From the NCBI GenBank assembly GCA_036677065.1, contig JAKFBS010000004.1:224001-288000 (forward strand): a DNA stretch of 64,000 bases, in the 5' to 3' direction. The position numbers were made by a program, and so were the translations under genes. The notes under the pieces were generated by a model. That model saw nothing but the letters and a program-made list of their open reading frames with translations, was not told the origin of the DNA and did not search any database. This document shows, one piece after another, positions 27,333-36,847 of the stretch. This stretch comes from Bdellovibrio sp. Lineage in GTDB: Bacteria > Bdellovibrionota > Bdellovibrionia > Bdellovibrionales > Bdellovibrionaceae. Each line of letters starts with the position of its first letter. The first letter of the stretch is position 1.

Positions 27333-28973
27333 TTATTTATTAAATTTTTCGCAATCTTTTGATTTACCTACTTGATTTAAGCAATGTCTTGTATCGCGTG
27401 AAGCTTGGTATACTCTTCGCTTCATGCGGCTCACAACACCTAAAGGCTTATGGTAAGGGTTATTCAGTTTTCCATTCCATGGATTAAAGCTTAAATCCTC
27501 GCAGACTTTTGTATTTTTATTAGCATCTTCATTGAATTTTTTTGAAATTCGTATTCTTCCGAACTCAACTTGCGGAACGATTTTTTTTGAAGTGATTTTA
27601 TAGCCATAATCTTCTTCAAAAGTGCTGATGTTTTTAGAATTAAAAAAATCCATGTTTTTTCTAACATTATATTTAAACTGATTCTTTTTTCTTTCACTCG
27701 TTGCCCAGAAATCCGTAGAGTCTTCAATATTAGTATTGATTTGGTCGCGGTAAAGATCACCTTTAAGTGTAAAGCAAATATCGCCGCTTTCCAGGTGTTC
27801 TTTCATTCGAGCTCTTAAATAATCAGGAACCTCATCGTTTACAGAAAGACCAGAGCTTCTGCCAATTTTTAACGGATCATACACTGGATTTTTAAATGGA
27901 TCTGCAAAAATTCGTTTTAAAGACCAATCGGGCATATATGTTTTTTTATCTGCTTCAAATTTTTCAATTTGCTGAGGATCACACGTAACAGGTGCAAATT
28001 CGTATTTTATAGCCCTGGCTTTTCCTTCATACCCCAATCTTGAAGGAACCATAGAGTGATATATCTGAAAAGCTGGGCTATTAATGATACTTCCGTTTGT
28101 TGCAAGAGCCAGGGCAATTTCTGCATCATTCATTCCAGAAAAATAAATAGATTTAAACTCACTCCACTTAGCCGGAATTAGCCATTTATTATCTTTTTTG
28201 CTTTCTAAAAAAAACTCATTAATTTTAATGTATTTGGCTGCATCATTTACGAAAAAGACAGGAAAATTAATTGTTAGAATATCTAGCAAAGCTTGATCAT
28301 TAATAGTTTGCGCTGAAGCATATTCTACGGGTTTATTTAAAAGCCCTTTTGGTAAAATTTTTATCGCCATGCCCCTCGCATCGGGAACTTTGTCGTGCCC
28401 GTTCGACGGCGTACCATTTGAGTATCTAACAATAACATCCTTCACATTTGGCTCGCCAAAAACTCCGAGTTCTTCTTTTGTAATGAACTCTGAAATTTGT
28501 CCATATTTATCACCGATTTCGTTATTTTTTTCTCTAGAAGAACGAATTTCTCTGATGTTTTTATTTATTTCTTGAACGAGTTGATCCGAGGTTTTTAAAG
28601 TCAGCTCACCCACATAACAGCCGTGAGTTTTTCTGTGAACATCTCTTGAGGCATAAGCTTGTTTTTGATCTAATGATTTTGGAAGATCAGTAACAATATT
28701 TTTCTCGTACTCGTTTGCTTTTTCATTTTTAACTTTTTCTAACATTTCTTGACGAATTTTTTGCTGATCTTTGTTAAATTGAGAAATCACAGCACCCAAT
28801 TTATTCGAGTTTTCTCTTTCATCTTCATAAGAAGTCTCTAAGCTTGCATCAATGGGTGAGTCTACATCGTCTGCTATATGATCCAATTGATTGGGTGCTC
28901 TTTCAGATTTATGGGGCTTAAGTGAACAACTTAAAGTCATACATACAGTGCCTATTAATAAGTATTTTAACAT
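27333..28973 (-). CDS. Catalase-like heme-domain lipoprotein
   Basis: Lipobox LSC; RDVHRKTHGC, VRYSNG, PDARGMAIK and LSFNPWN...HKPLG...R.KRRVYQAS (proximal RxxxY). Confidence 0.78.
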   Translation of the reverse strand: MLKYLLIGTVCMTLSCSLKPHKSERAPNQLDHIADDVDSPIDASLETSYEDERENSNKLGAVISQFNKDQQKIRQEMLEKVKNEKANEYEKNIVTDLPKSLDQKQAYASRDVHRKTHGCYVGELTLKTSDQLVQEINKNIREIRSSREKNNEIGDKYGQISEFITKEELGVFGEPNVKDVIVRYSNGTPSNGHDKVPDARGMAIKILPKGLLNKPVEYASAQTINDQALLDILTINFPVFFVNDAAKYIKINEFFLESKKDNKWLIPAKWSEFKSIYFSGMNDAEIALALATNGSIINSPAFQIYHSMVPSRLGYEGKARAIKYEFAPVTCDPQQIEKFEADKKTYMPDWSLKRIFADPFKNPVYDPLKIGRSSGLSVNDEVPDYLRARMKEHLESGDICFTLKGDLYRDQINTNIEDSTDFWATSERKKNQFKYNVRKNMDFFNSKNISTFEEDYGYKITSKKIVPQVEFGRIRISKKFNEDANKNTKVCEDLSFNPWNGKLNNPYHKPLGVVSRMKRRVYQASRDTRHCLNQVGKSKDCEKFNK

Positions 28974-28999
28974 TTTATCTCCTTGTAAAAAAATTGAAC

Positions 29000-29842
29000 T
29001 TATTTTTCTTTTAAAGCATCTAAAGGTTCGCTTACAGGAAAGTAATTCACATTGATTCTAAATAATCTGCGACCACTGTAGTTTTGCGCATAATATTTTG
29101 AAACAATTTGTTTTGCCATCATTTCTATTTCCTGAGAAAAACTTTTAAGTTCTTCTTCATTCAAAGGTAAAATTAAGCTTCTATAGCCTCGTAAATCTTG
29201 CGGTAATTCTTGTCCGGCTTTTGCTTCATCCAGGCAAGCGTTATTGTAAGCCTTAAAAGCAAGATCTTCTGGATTTCCAGTCACTTTGACAAGACGTTCT
29301 CTTGATTTCCAATAAATGGTTCCATCTGAATTTAAGGTACGATCAACCATACCTATTTTTTCTAATTTTTCTAATGCCTGTAAAACTTCAGAAGGCTCTA
29401 CACCGAGCGCAGCGGCGACCATCGCTTCAGTCCAATTGTAATCATTAAAAGAAGTTAAAGTTTGAATTTTAGGTAAAATCAAATCAGAAATAAATAACAA
29501 AGAGTCTTTAACTTCTGATGGATTAATCTGCCCAATTAAAATTTGTGAGAGAGCCTGCCACGCAGCCATTTTTTCTGAAGCTGTTGGAGCGTGCGCATAA
29601 ACAACTAATAGGCGAAAGTAACTTTTTTCGTCTTCTTGTAAAAAGGCTTTATTTAAAAATTTTTCCGCAACTCCCATAGATAGTTTTTTTTTACGATTCA
29701 CCATCATTCTTAAAGTCGAGCTGCTTTGTAGATCAAGTTCGTCAGCCCACAGGCTATAAGAAAATCCTGCTTGTTCATTTTTTCGTATTAAATAGTAATT
29801 TTGAAGTGCTAAATATGGATCTAAAAGTTGGAATAAATTCAC
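29000..29842 (-). CDS. TIGR02147/DUF4423-family HTH protein
   Basis: FSYSLWADELDLQSSSTLRMMVNRKK HTH and C-terminal LFRINVNYFP; GTG start after AGGAGG. Confidence 0.8.
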   Translation of the reverse strand: MNLFQLLDPYLALQNYYLIRKNEQAGFSYSLWADELDLQSSSTLRMMVNRKKKLSMGVAEKFLNKAFLQEDEKSYFRLLVVYAHAPTASEKMAAWQALSQILIGQINPSEVKDSLLFISDLILPKIQTLTSFNDYNWTEAMVAAALGVEPSEVLQALEKLEKIGMVDRTLNSDGTIYWKSRERLVKVTGNPEDLAFKAYNNACLDEAKAGQELPQDLRGYRSLILPLNEEELKSFSQEIEMMAKQIVSKYYAQNYSGRRLFRINVNYFPVSEPLDALKEK

Positions 29843-30061
29843 TGAAGTCCTCCTGTTCCTATTGAAGGACAACATTTAACTTTTGATCTGTAAAGATATG
29901 AATCGCGCTCCAAAAAGAGCCCTCATTCTATAACGAGCTGAAGCCCAAAGCTTGGTTAGAAGTCCAGCTGTTTGTCCAATAAAAGCGAGAAAGTTTTTCA
30001 TGGCTGATAAAGCCGAAATCAAGATCCTACGGCGCCAGTTTGTAAATAAGCTATCACCATT

Positions 30062-31138
30062 TTAGCGCCATTCAAAAACGACAATTTCACTGCGTGTGAA
30101 CCAACGCATCGGTGGGCCCCAGTAGCCCGTGCCTTGGTGAGCAAAAACTAGCAGACCCTTGATTATTTTAAAACCAGCTACCACCGGTTGCTGTAATCGC
30201 ACAAATAAGCCAAACGGAAAAATTTGACCGCCGTGAGTGTGGCCCGAAAGTAAAAGATCACATTTTTCTTCACTTAGATCAAACACACTTGATGGTTCAT
30301 GCGCGAGTAAAATTTTATAATCAACTTTTTCAGAAGTTTTTAAAGCTTGGTCTGGATTTGATTCTAATTTTTTATGAAAACTGTTAACGCGTTGATCAGG
30401 AACGCCAGCAATCATGAGTTTTCCACCGTTGTGTGAAATGATTTCATGTGAATTATGTAAAACATGAAAACCTAAATCATGAAGTCTTGCTTCCCAGTCT
30501 CCGCCGCGAATGTATTCATGGTTTCCGGTAACATAAAATTTGGTCGCGGTAATTTGCTTTAATGGATTTAACAAAGGTGATGTTTCGTCAAACGGGGCAT
30601 CGACTAGATCTCCAGTAACCATGACTAAATCAGCCTTTGCAGCTTGGATACGATCAACGACTTTTTGTAACCAGGCTTCACGTAAGTTGGGCATCCCCAC
30701 GTGGAGATCAGAAATTTGTAAAACACGTAAGCCTTTTAAAAAATCAGGGCCTGTTAATTTATGTGTAACGACTTGTGGTCCGAAAATATTAATTCGCAAA
30801 GACCACAGAGAAATAATTCCAGTGGCATACAACATCCACGCTGAATGGACTGGTAATGCTAACAATGAAAAAACAAGCTGAACAATAGCGAAGAAAAATG
30901 CAATGGTAAAAATTCCCATCCAGATGTAGCCAGCCAAAATGATGAAACGTAAACGCTCGCGAAAATGAGTCATGCTCATCAGTAATGAGCCCGGCATAAA
31001 GACTACGCCGATAGCTAGAACAATCGCCAGCCAAGCAGGCGGTAATGCAAAGCTTTGCACTGCCATGGTATAGATAAACCAATGCAGTAAGCCGATAATG
31101 GTCGTAATAATAATTAAGGGGATCGCTATCCCTCTCAT
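30062..31138 (-). CDS. Membrane-anchored metallophosphoesterase (YkuE-like)
   Basis: SDLH, GDLVD, GNHE, AHEP and SGHTHGGQ motifs; four N-terminal TM helices. Confidence 0.93.
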   Translation of the reverse strand: MRGIAIPLIIITTIIGLLHWFIYTMAVQSFALPPAWLAIVLAIGVVFMPGSLLMSMTHFRERLRFIILAGYIWMGIFTIAFFFAIVQLVFSLLALPVHSAWMLYATGIISLWSLRINIFGPQVVTHKLTGPDFLKGLRVLQISDLHVGMPNLREAWLQKVVDRIQAAKADLVMVTGDLVDAPFDETSPLLNPLKQITATKFYVTGNHEYIRGGDWEARLHDLGFHVLHNSHEIISHNGGKLMIAGVPDQRVNSFHKKLESNPDQALKTSEKVDYKILLAHEPSSVFDLSEEKCDLLLSGHTHGGQIFPFGLFVRLQQPVVAGFKIIKGLLVFAHQGTGYWGPPMRWFTRSEIVVFEWR

Positions 31139-31560
31139 GAGCTGAGCTTCGGGGTGCCCATGTTCTTTTTTAGTTCAAGAACTTGCACAACTAACATTGG
31201 ATCCTGGCTTTGGGCGATTTTAAGTTTACTTTTAAAATCAGAGTATAAATCAGATTCATCAAATAATGAATGCACTTCGGTTAAAACTGATCTGTGCAGG
31301 TCTTCTAAGATGGTTGTCTCATCATCAAGGGATTCATCCATGCGAACCACAAGACTTGTAATTTTTCGTAGCCAGTCAAAATCTTCGTGTGACATCGATA
31401 AATGCAAAACATCATACGGTGTTAAACTTTTTTCGTTTTGGGCTTCGTATTTTTCTTTTTGAAATTGTAACAAAGACTTGTGCACACGCAAAAGTAGTTG
31501 CGAAACTTTAGTAAGATCTGCTTTGATATTTTTTCTGTTTTCTTCTGCGGACATATGCAA
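31135..31560 (-). CDS. Conserved hypothetical helical protein
   Basis: 141-aa ORF with 4-bp overlap to the downstream gene; LLRVHKSLL...F.WLR pattern. Confidence 0.7.
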   Translation of the reverse strand: MHMSAEENRKNIKADLTKVSQLLLRVHKSLLQFQKEKYEAQNEKSLTPYDVLHLSMSHEDFDWLRKITSLVVRMDESLDDETTILEDLHRSVLTEVHSLFDESDLYSDFKSKLKIAQSQDPMLVVQVLELKKNMGTPKLSS

Positions 31561-31775
31561 TTCCTAGCTTTACATTGAAAGTCTAGGAAGGCTTAGTTAC
31601 CTTGGCAACTGGTTTTTGGGTGGCCGCCATTAGCCAGCAGCATTATTATACTGATCTATCTCAGTTTTTGGGCTACGATCGGTTGTGTTAAGGCAATAAA
31701 CTGACCTGATTAAAATGTTTTAAGCGTGAGTTGAGTGTCTCAAAAAGGACAAAAAAGGCTGACGCTTAGGCAATG

Positions 31776-32579
31776 CTAAAAATTAAACGCAAGAACGACA
31801 GCCCATTCTCTGACGTATTCATGATAAACCGACAAACTACCAGAGTTAAATTTAAAGCCCGCTCCAAACCAAACTTGGTCATCATGTGTTTCTGTTTCGT
31901 CATTCACATAGGTATCATGCGAAACTGACAGGGCCACGTTTTGGCTTTGCACAAGTAAACCCGGGGTGACCATAATCACATCGTCAGTTGTGGTTTCATT
32001 TTTGTGGGCCTTTTTGGAAGCGTCTAAAGAAAAAATAAAACTACTGGAAACATAACCGTAACCCACGCCGTAGCTTGTGATGTCGCTATCATCATCTTCA
32101 GCGTCGTAAAAATCAGCGACTAATCCTAATCTGTGGCCTTGTCCTTTGCCGAACAGCATTCCCAGTGAATAATTATCTTCTTCGTGATAACCAATTCCCA
32201 GAGCAAAAGAATCTGTGCTAAATCCAGCAATAGCACCAGTTCTTCCTTCACAGTTATCGCAGTCATTTTTGTAGTGGCCAACGCCTAAGCCCGCATCACC
32301 ACTGCCGACACCAAGCTCTACTCCGTAACCTTCGGCATTATTATTGTTATTATTACTTTCTTCATCTGTTTTGTCGTATTCCAGTGAAAGTTGAACACCG
32401 TTATAATCGGCGGCCACGGCCGGATTGACGTAAGTGAAGCCGTGCGAATAATTGATCGGGGATGTGACCGCCGGCGTACCTATACCCTGCGAAACGGCTA
32501 AAAATAAAGAATCATTTGTTTTTGCCTGCGATGTCGGACTAAAAAAAATAAATATGACGATGACGAAAATCCATTTCAT
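31776..32579 (-). CDS. Putative outer-membrane beta-barrel protein
   Basis: Signal peptide, alternating Gly/aromatic beta strands, C-terminal Phe; AGGAGG RBS. Confidence 0.7.
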   Translation of the reverse strand: MKWIFVIVIFIFFSPTSQAKTNDSLFLAVSQGIGTPAVTSPINYSHGFTYVNPAVAADYNGVQLSLEYDKTDEESNNNNNNAEGYGVELGVGSGDAGLGVGHYKNDCDNCEGRTGAIAGFSTDSFALGIGYHEEDNYSLGMLFGKGQGHRLGLVADFYDAEDDDSDITSYGVGYGYVSSSFIFSLDASKKAHKNETTTDDVIMVTPGLLVQSQNVALSVSHDTYVNDETETHDDQVWFGAGFKFNSGSLSVYHEYVREWAVVLAFNF

Positions 32580-32699
32580 AAAGGCCTCCTTTGGGGAGAT
32601 TACCTGTAGTTTACTCCTCTTTTTTTAAGGTGGAGTAAAAATATGAAATTTTGTATCAGTTCGAGAGATAGTCTAAGAGATTGTCGATATTTGTAAAAA

Positions 32700-32711
32700 T
32701 GGTGATTCCGG
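32700..32711. repeat. 12-bp direct repeat of the tRNA-Arg 3' end (att-like site)
   Basis: TGGTGATTCCGG at 32700-32711 is identical to 34530-34541. Confidence 0.65.
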
Positions 32712-32963
32712 GTTGATAAATATCGAACTTATTGAAGCTCTGCTGGCAAATGTATTCAGTTTGCAACGATGCGAGGCAATATCCCTACCTACTTTTGCTG
32801 GATTAAGAAATGTTTAATCTGCGTAGGGTAGCGGCTTTTTAAGAAAAATTGTATTAAAGTCTAGTAACGTATTTGTTTTTCAGTACGTATAAATAGTTTT
32901 TTATTGTGTTATGGGCAAACGCTCATTTTTATTTCATAGTATAAGCTTCAAAGGAAAATAAAT

Positions 32964-33428
32964 ATGCAGCGTTTACTCTTAGGCGTGACTATCGTATTTT
33001 TATATTCATGCACATCGTTAGTTGTGCCAGAGGTTCCTGAGTATCGATTGAATCAGACCGGTGATTTAATTGTTTCGGACTCATCAAATTTGTGGCGTTT
33101 TTTCGAATCGCGACGCCCCCGCAGAGTCCTTCAGGCAACCTTAATTGTAAAAAATATGAATCCAAAAAAACAGTATCAAATCAAACTTGCAGACTCATTT
33201 GTTGATATTAATGGTGTTCGCGAAAAAATTTCTTGTAAGGATACGCAGAATTCTAATCAGATTCAGTTGAAAGAAAGTGCTCAAGCCAAAATTATCTGTG
33301 ATTTAGAATTGCATGCAACCGAACAAAATAAATTAGGCATAAAAGACACTCGTGCGGTGCTAAACATACCGACTGATCAAAATGTTATACAGATCGATCG
33401 TTTATTTCGAATCGAGGAATTTCAATGA
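32964..33428 (+). CDS. Putative lipoprotein
   Basis: Lipobox LYSC; AAAGGA RBS. Confidence 0.7.
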   Translation: MQRLLLGVTIVFLYSCTSLVVPEVPEYRLNQTGDLIVSDSSNLWRFFESRRPRRVLQATLIVKNMNPKKQYQIKLADSFVDINGVREKISCKDTQNSNQIQLKESAQAKIICDLELHATEQNKLGIKDTRAVLNIPTDQNVIQIDRLFRIEEFQ

Positions 33429-34495
33429 AATTTAGATTAAAAATAATTTTTATCATTTTATTTTCTTCTTTTTCTGTTTGGGCCAATAACAATGGTGGGC
33501 TTTTTGTCGCGGGATTGATTGGTGGTGCTGTTGCAACTAGCCATGAAGGATTTGTAGGTCAGCTTCCAGAAGAACTTGCGGATTGGCAAGATCCTGCAAC
33601 CCAATCAACTTCTAAACTTAATAAACAGTGCGGTTTATTAACAGAGTTTAAACTGTTGAGAACCGGCACATTAAATTTTGTGTTCTTAGGTATTCGAAAT
33701 GAGAGTGGTAGTGAAGTAACATTGAATTTAAACGATTCAACAATTGCCTTTTCAAGTGGTAAGCAAAGAACAATGTTAAATCGAAAGGAACCGCTACAAA
33801 TTAAAAATAATTGGTATTCTTGGGGGTTTCTGCCGATTCCTCGAAAGTCTGACTTTAAAGGGCAGATTTCCGCCAAAGTTGAAGTACCAATAATTATTGA
33901 TGGGAAAAAGCCTTGTGCTTTAATTGCAGATTTTTCCCGAAATCAAAATACTCCAGAACAGAAGTCATCATACATCGAAGCACCAGTGCGAGTTACATCT
34001 CTTGGGCTCGGTGGTGTAACCACTACAAGCGGGAAATTTAAAGACTATGCTGGTAAAAATAAAAACGCTTTAGAGGTCTATATGGCGGGATTTAGCGAGC
34101 CTGAATCTGGCTTTTACCTCAATGTATCAATTAACAATTTTGGTGACCCGAAAACGCATCCAGATTTTGAAAATATTAGTGCAGATAGGGCAACTTACAG
34201 CGGAATTTCTTTAGGTAAAACTTGGCGAATTTTTTCAAGCCAAGAAAGGTTAACCCACTATCTTAACATCGGACCTGAGGTTGGAAGTTACCAACAACTT
34301 AGAATTGAATCAGATGCTAAGTCCGTCAGTGCGTTTGGTGCATTTGCCTCTTATACCCTCGATATAAATTACTCCCGTCAATATGCAGGATTTTGGCGTG
34401 GTTATTTTAGCGTAGGGTTGACTCCCTTTATTCATGCTACAAATAAAGGTGTAATTACAGGGATCAATTTAGATCTACTTAGAGTAGGGCTTTGA
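33425..34495 (+). CDS. Secreted protein with possible C-terminal beta-barrel
   Basis: Signal peptide, ATGA overlap with the upstream lipoprotein gene, amphipathic C-terminal strands. Confidence 0.65.
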   Translation: MKFRLKIIFIILFSSFSVWANNNGGLFVAGLIGGAVATSHEGFVGQLPEELADWQDPATQSTSKLNKQCGLLTEFKLLRTGTLNFVFLGIRNESGSEVTLNLNDSTIAFSSGKQRTMLNRKEPLQIKNNWYSWGFLPIPRKSDFKGQISAKVEVPIIIDGKKPCALIADFSRNQNTPEQKSSYIEAPVRVTSLGLGGVTTTSGKFKDYAGKNKNALEVYMAGFSEPESGFYLNVSINNFGDPKTHPDFENISADRATYSGISLGKTWRIFSSQERLTHYLNIGPEVGSYQQLRIESDAKSVSAFGAFASYTLDINYSRQYAGFWRGYFSVGLTPFIHATNKGVITGINLDLLRVGL

Positions 34496-34529
34496 GTTAG
34501 ACATTTGGTTTTTTGCCCAAAAAGAAAAT

Positions 34530-34606
34530 TGGTGATTCCGGTACGATTCGAACGTACGACCCTCTCCTTAGAAGGGAGATGCTCTATCCAACTGAGCTAC
34601 GGAACC
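34530..34606 (-). tRNA. tRNA-Arg (anticodon UCU)
   Basis: Minus strand GGTTCCGTAGCTCAGTTGGATAGAGCATCTCCCTTCTAAGGAGAGGGTCGTACGTTCGAATCGTACCGGAATCACCA folds as a 77-nt cloverleaf with encoded CCA. Confidence 0.97.
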
Positions 34607-34679
34607 CCGGTCAATTAACTGAAAGAAACTATCAAATTTGGAACAGATTGTTAAGCGCTTTTACTGGTGCTTATGCAAT

Positions 34680-35570
34680 TTATTTAACCACTTCTAGGGG
34701 CTGACCTAAGTTTAAAGCACAAAATGATCGGGTTTCGTGCGCTAAAAAGGGCTGCGAGCTGTCGGTCAGCGGGTTTCCGTTCAGATCGGTATAACGGGTT
34801 AAGCTTGGCCCGCCGAATTGAATGTTGGTGCGTAAGTCTAATTGTTGGTTCCAGCGATCAAGCATTATGCCGGTAAACGGATCTTTCATGCGAACACTAA
34901 AGTCGTATTTAGAATTTTCTGATTTTGTAACCTCAGCATAAAAAAACAATTCATGAATGAGTGGAGCCTGTGGCGCCAGATCGACGGTCGTTTTTAGAAT
35001 CGTTACTTCGCCGCGCTTAGGGGTTGCAGAAACTGAAGTATTAAATTGAAAATTCATTTCTGAGTTTGAGTTAAAAGGTACGCCCAGCCTATTTACGCTG
35101 ATTTGGCATTCGGCAGATTTTACACTGGCTTGTAATTTAAAACTTAAAACATCTTTGATTTCTTTTTCAGTTAATAAAAATTCTTCGCCAATATAAATTT
35201 GGTAAAGTCCAGAGGTGTTTTGCAGAATATTTGATGTGGCGCAGACCACAGTTTGATATTCGCCATCGCTTGTTTGTTCGAAAAGTAAAATTCCCTTTTG
35301 ATTCACAGGAATATGTTGGCCATTGCAGTTTAAGCGGTCTTGCCCTTGAATATCTAAATACACGCTTTCAATGACACCGCGTAAAACTTTTTCGACGCGA
35401 ACTCGCGCTTTGCCATTATAGATGGCTACGGTTTCAACTTTAGCGACAATTGTAGTTTTTCGTTGGGCTGCCTGCTGGGCATTGGCGAAACCCATGCAAT
35501 CGCAGGCTTGTGATTGGGTAGAGAAGATAAATGCAGATAGCGAAATTAAAAGGCCAAAGCAGAAACGCAT
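34680..35570 (-). CDS. Secreted protein with N-terminal CxC (TIMP/NTR-like) domain
   Basis: Signal peptide ending SQA, mature CDC, then VEKVLRG and C(N)G patterns; AAGGAG RBS. Confidence 0.65.
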   Translation of the reverse strand: MRFCFGLLISLSAFIFSTQSQACDCMGFANAQQAAQRKTTIVAKVETVAIYNGKARVRVEKVLRGVIESVYLDIQGQDRLNCNGQHIPVNQKGILLFEQTSDGEYQTVVCATSNILQNTSGLYQIYIGEEFLLTEKEIKDVLSFKLQASVKSAECQISVNRLGVPFNSNSEMNFQFNTSVSATPKRGEVTILKTTVDLAPQAPLIHELFFYAEVTKSENSKYDFSVRMKDPFTGIMLDRWNQQLDLRTNIQFGGPSLTRYTDLNGNPLTDSSQPFLAHETRSFCALNLGQPLEVVK

Positions 35571-35680
35571 GAGTATGCTCCTTGTTTTGCGAACAACCTA
35601 ACAGAACGATGGCAGATGCAAATACTTAATGCCTCTTGTTACCTGTTTACATTCATGACTACGCTCATCATCATTGGTAA

Positions 35681-36847
35681 ATGCGTTTATTTCTTGTAAC
35701 CGTTTTTTGGCTTGTGTTCGGCGTGAAGGCTTTGGCCTATCCGGATTTCATTGGTTACGGGTATCGTAGCTGTTTAGTTTGCCATGAATCGGGTAGCGGT
35801 GGTGGTGCTTTAACAGATTACGGTAGAGGCGTGTTCGCTTCTGAAATTGCAGCCAATCCTATCAAACGTTGGATCAATGATGAAGAAGCTGCGCAAGTTT
35901 CAAATTTTTTAGGTCCCGTTGAATTTCCTTTTTGGTTACGTATCGGTTTTAAATACCGGGCCTTAACTGTCGAACGCTCACCTGGTTCTGAGCAAAGCCG
36001 AATGTATCACTACAACATGCAAAATGATCTGAATTTGAATTTTTTTGCTAACGAAGCCCATACCATCGGATTAATCACGACTGTCGGGTATGTTGAAAAT
36101 CCACTTTCATTATATCCAAATAAAACGATGAAAGATGATTCGTATTTATTTTACCGCGAATATTTTATTAAAGCTAACGTTGCTAAAGAATTTTGGATCT
36201 ACGCCGGCATGATGGATAAAGTGTTTGGTATTAAGACCGTGAATCACACGTCTGTAAATCGTGCGCCTTTATCACTGGGGCAAAATGACCAAGTCCATGC
36301 AGGCCTTGTGCAATGGGCGCGTAAAGACGAAGATTTATTTTTTCAATACTGGGCGGGTAATTTGCATTTACCTAAAGCTGATCGCCGTTCTGGTGGAAGT
36401 TTTATGCTGGATAAAAAATGGGGCAGCATGCATGCGGCCGGGTTTAGTTTGTTAACTGAGTCTAAAGAAGGCACTAAGCAAAATATTTTTTCATTGCATA
36501 ATAAAATGGGTTTTCGCGATGGAAATTCACTGTTGATGGAAGGTGGTTACCGTGTTGAAACTACCGAGCAGGCCGGTGTTTCAATCGATAGCAAAAGTTA
36601 TTATATTTTTACGCAGAATAATTTAAATTTAACTCGCGGAGTATTTTTCTTATCAGGTTTAGAGATTTCTAAAAATACCACCGAGTCGACAAATCCGCAA
36701 AATTTGCGCTGGGATTTAGGTTTTTTAATTTTTCCGATTCAAAGAATGGAAGTTCGTTTTTCTGGAATTAACCAAAAAACATTAAGCGCTGAAGAGGCAG
36801 TTAAAGATCAATGGTCAATACAATCACAAATACATTTATCTTTATAA
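35681..36847 (+). CDS. Outer-membrane beta-barrel with N-terminal CxxCH heme-c motif
   Basis: Signal peptide; YPDFIGYGYRSCLVCH...GGGALTDYGR; remainder amphipathic beta strands ending QIHLSL. Confidence 0.72.
   Translation: MRLFLVTVFWLVFGVKALAYPDFIGYGYRSCLVCHESGSGGGALTDYGRGVFASEIAANPIKRWINDEEAAQVSNFLGPVEFPFWLRIGFKYRALTVERSPGSEQSRMYHYNMQNDLNLNFFANEAHTIGLITTVGYVENPLSLYPNKTMKDDSYLFYREYFIKANVAKEFWIYAGMMDKVFGIKTVNHTSVNRAPLSLGQNDQVHAGLVQWARKDEDLFFQYWAGNLHLPKADRRSGGSFMLDKKWGSMHAAGFSLLTESKEGTKQNIFSLHNKMGFRDGNSLLMEGGYRVETTEQAGVSIDSKSYYIFTQNNLNLTRGVFFLSGLEISKNTTESTNPQNLRWDLGFLIFPIQRMEVRFSGINQKTLSAEEAVKDQWSIQSQIHLSL

Noticed and set aside
32338..32355. Asn-codon run in the outer-membrane protein gene as a contingency repeat
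   Set aside because: Short, imperfect and in-frame; consistent with a simple loop.
34513..34704. 63-aa plus-strand ORF
   Set aside because: It is antisense to tRNA-Arg, a typical spurious tRNA-shadow ORF.
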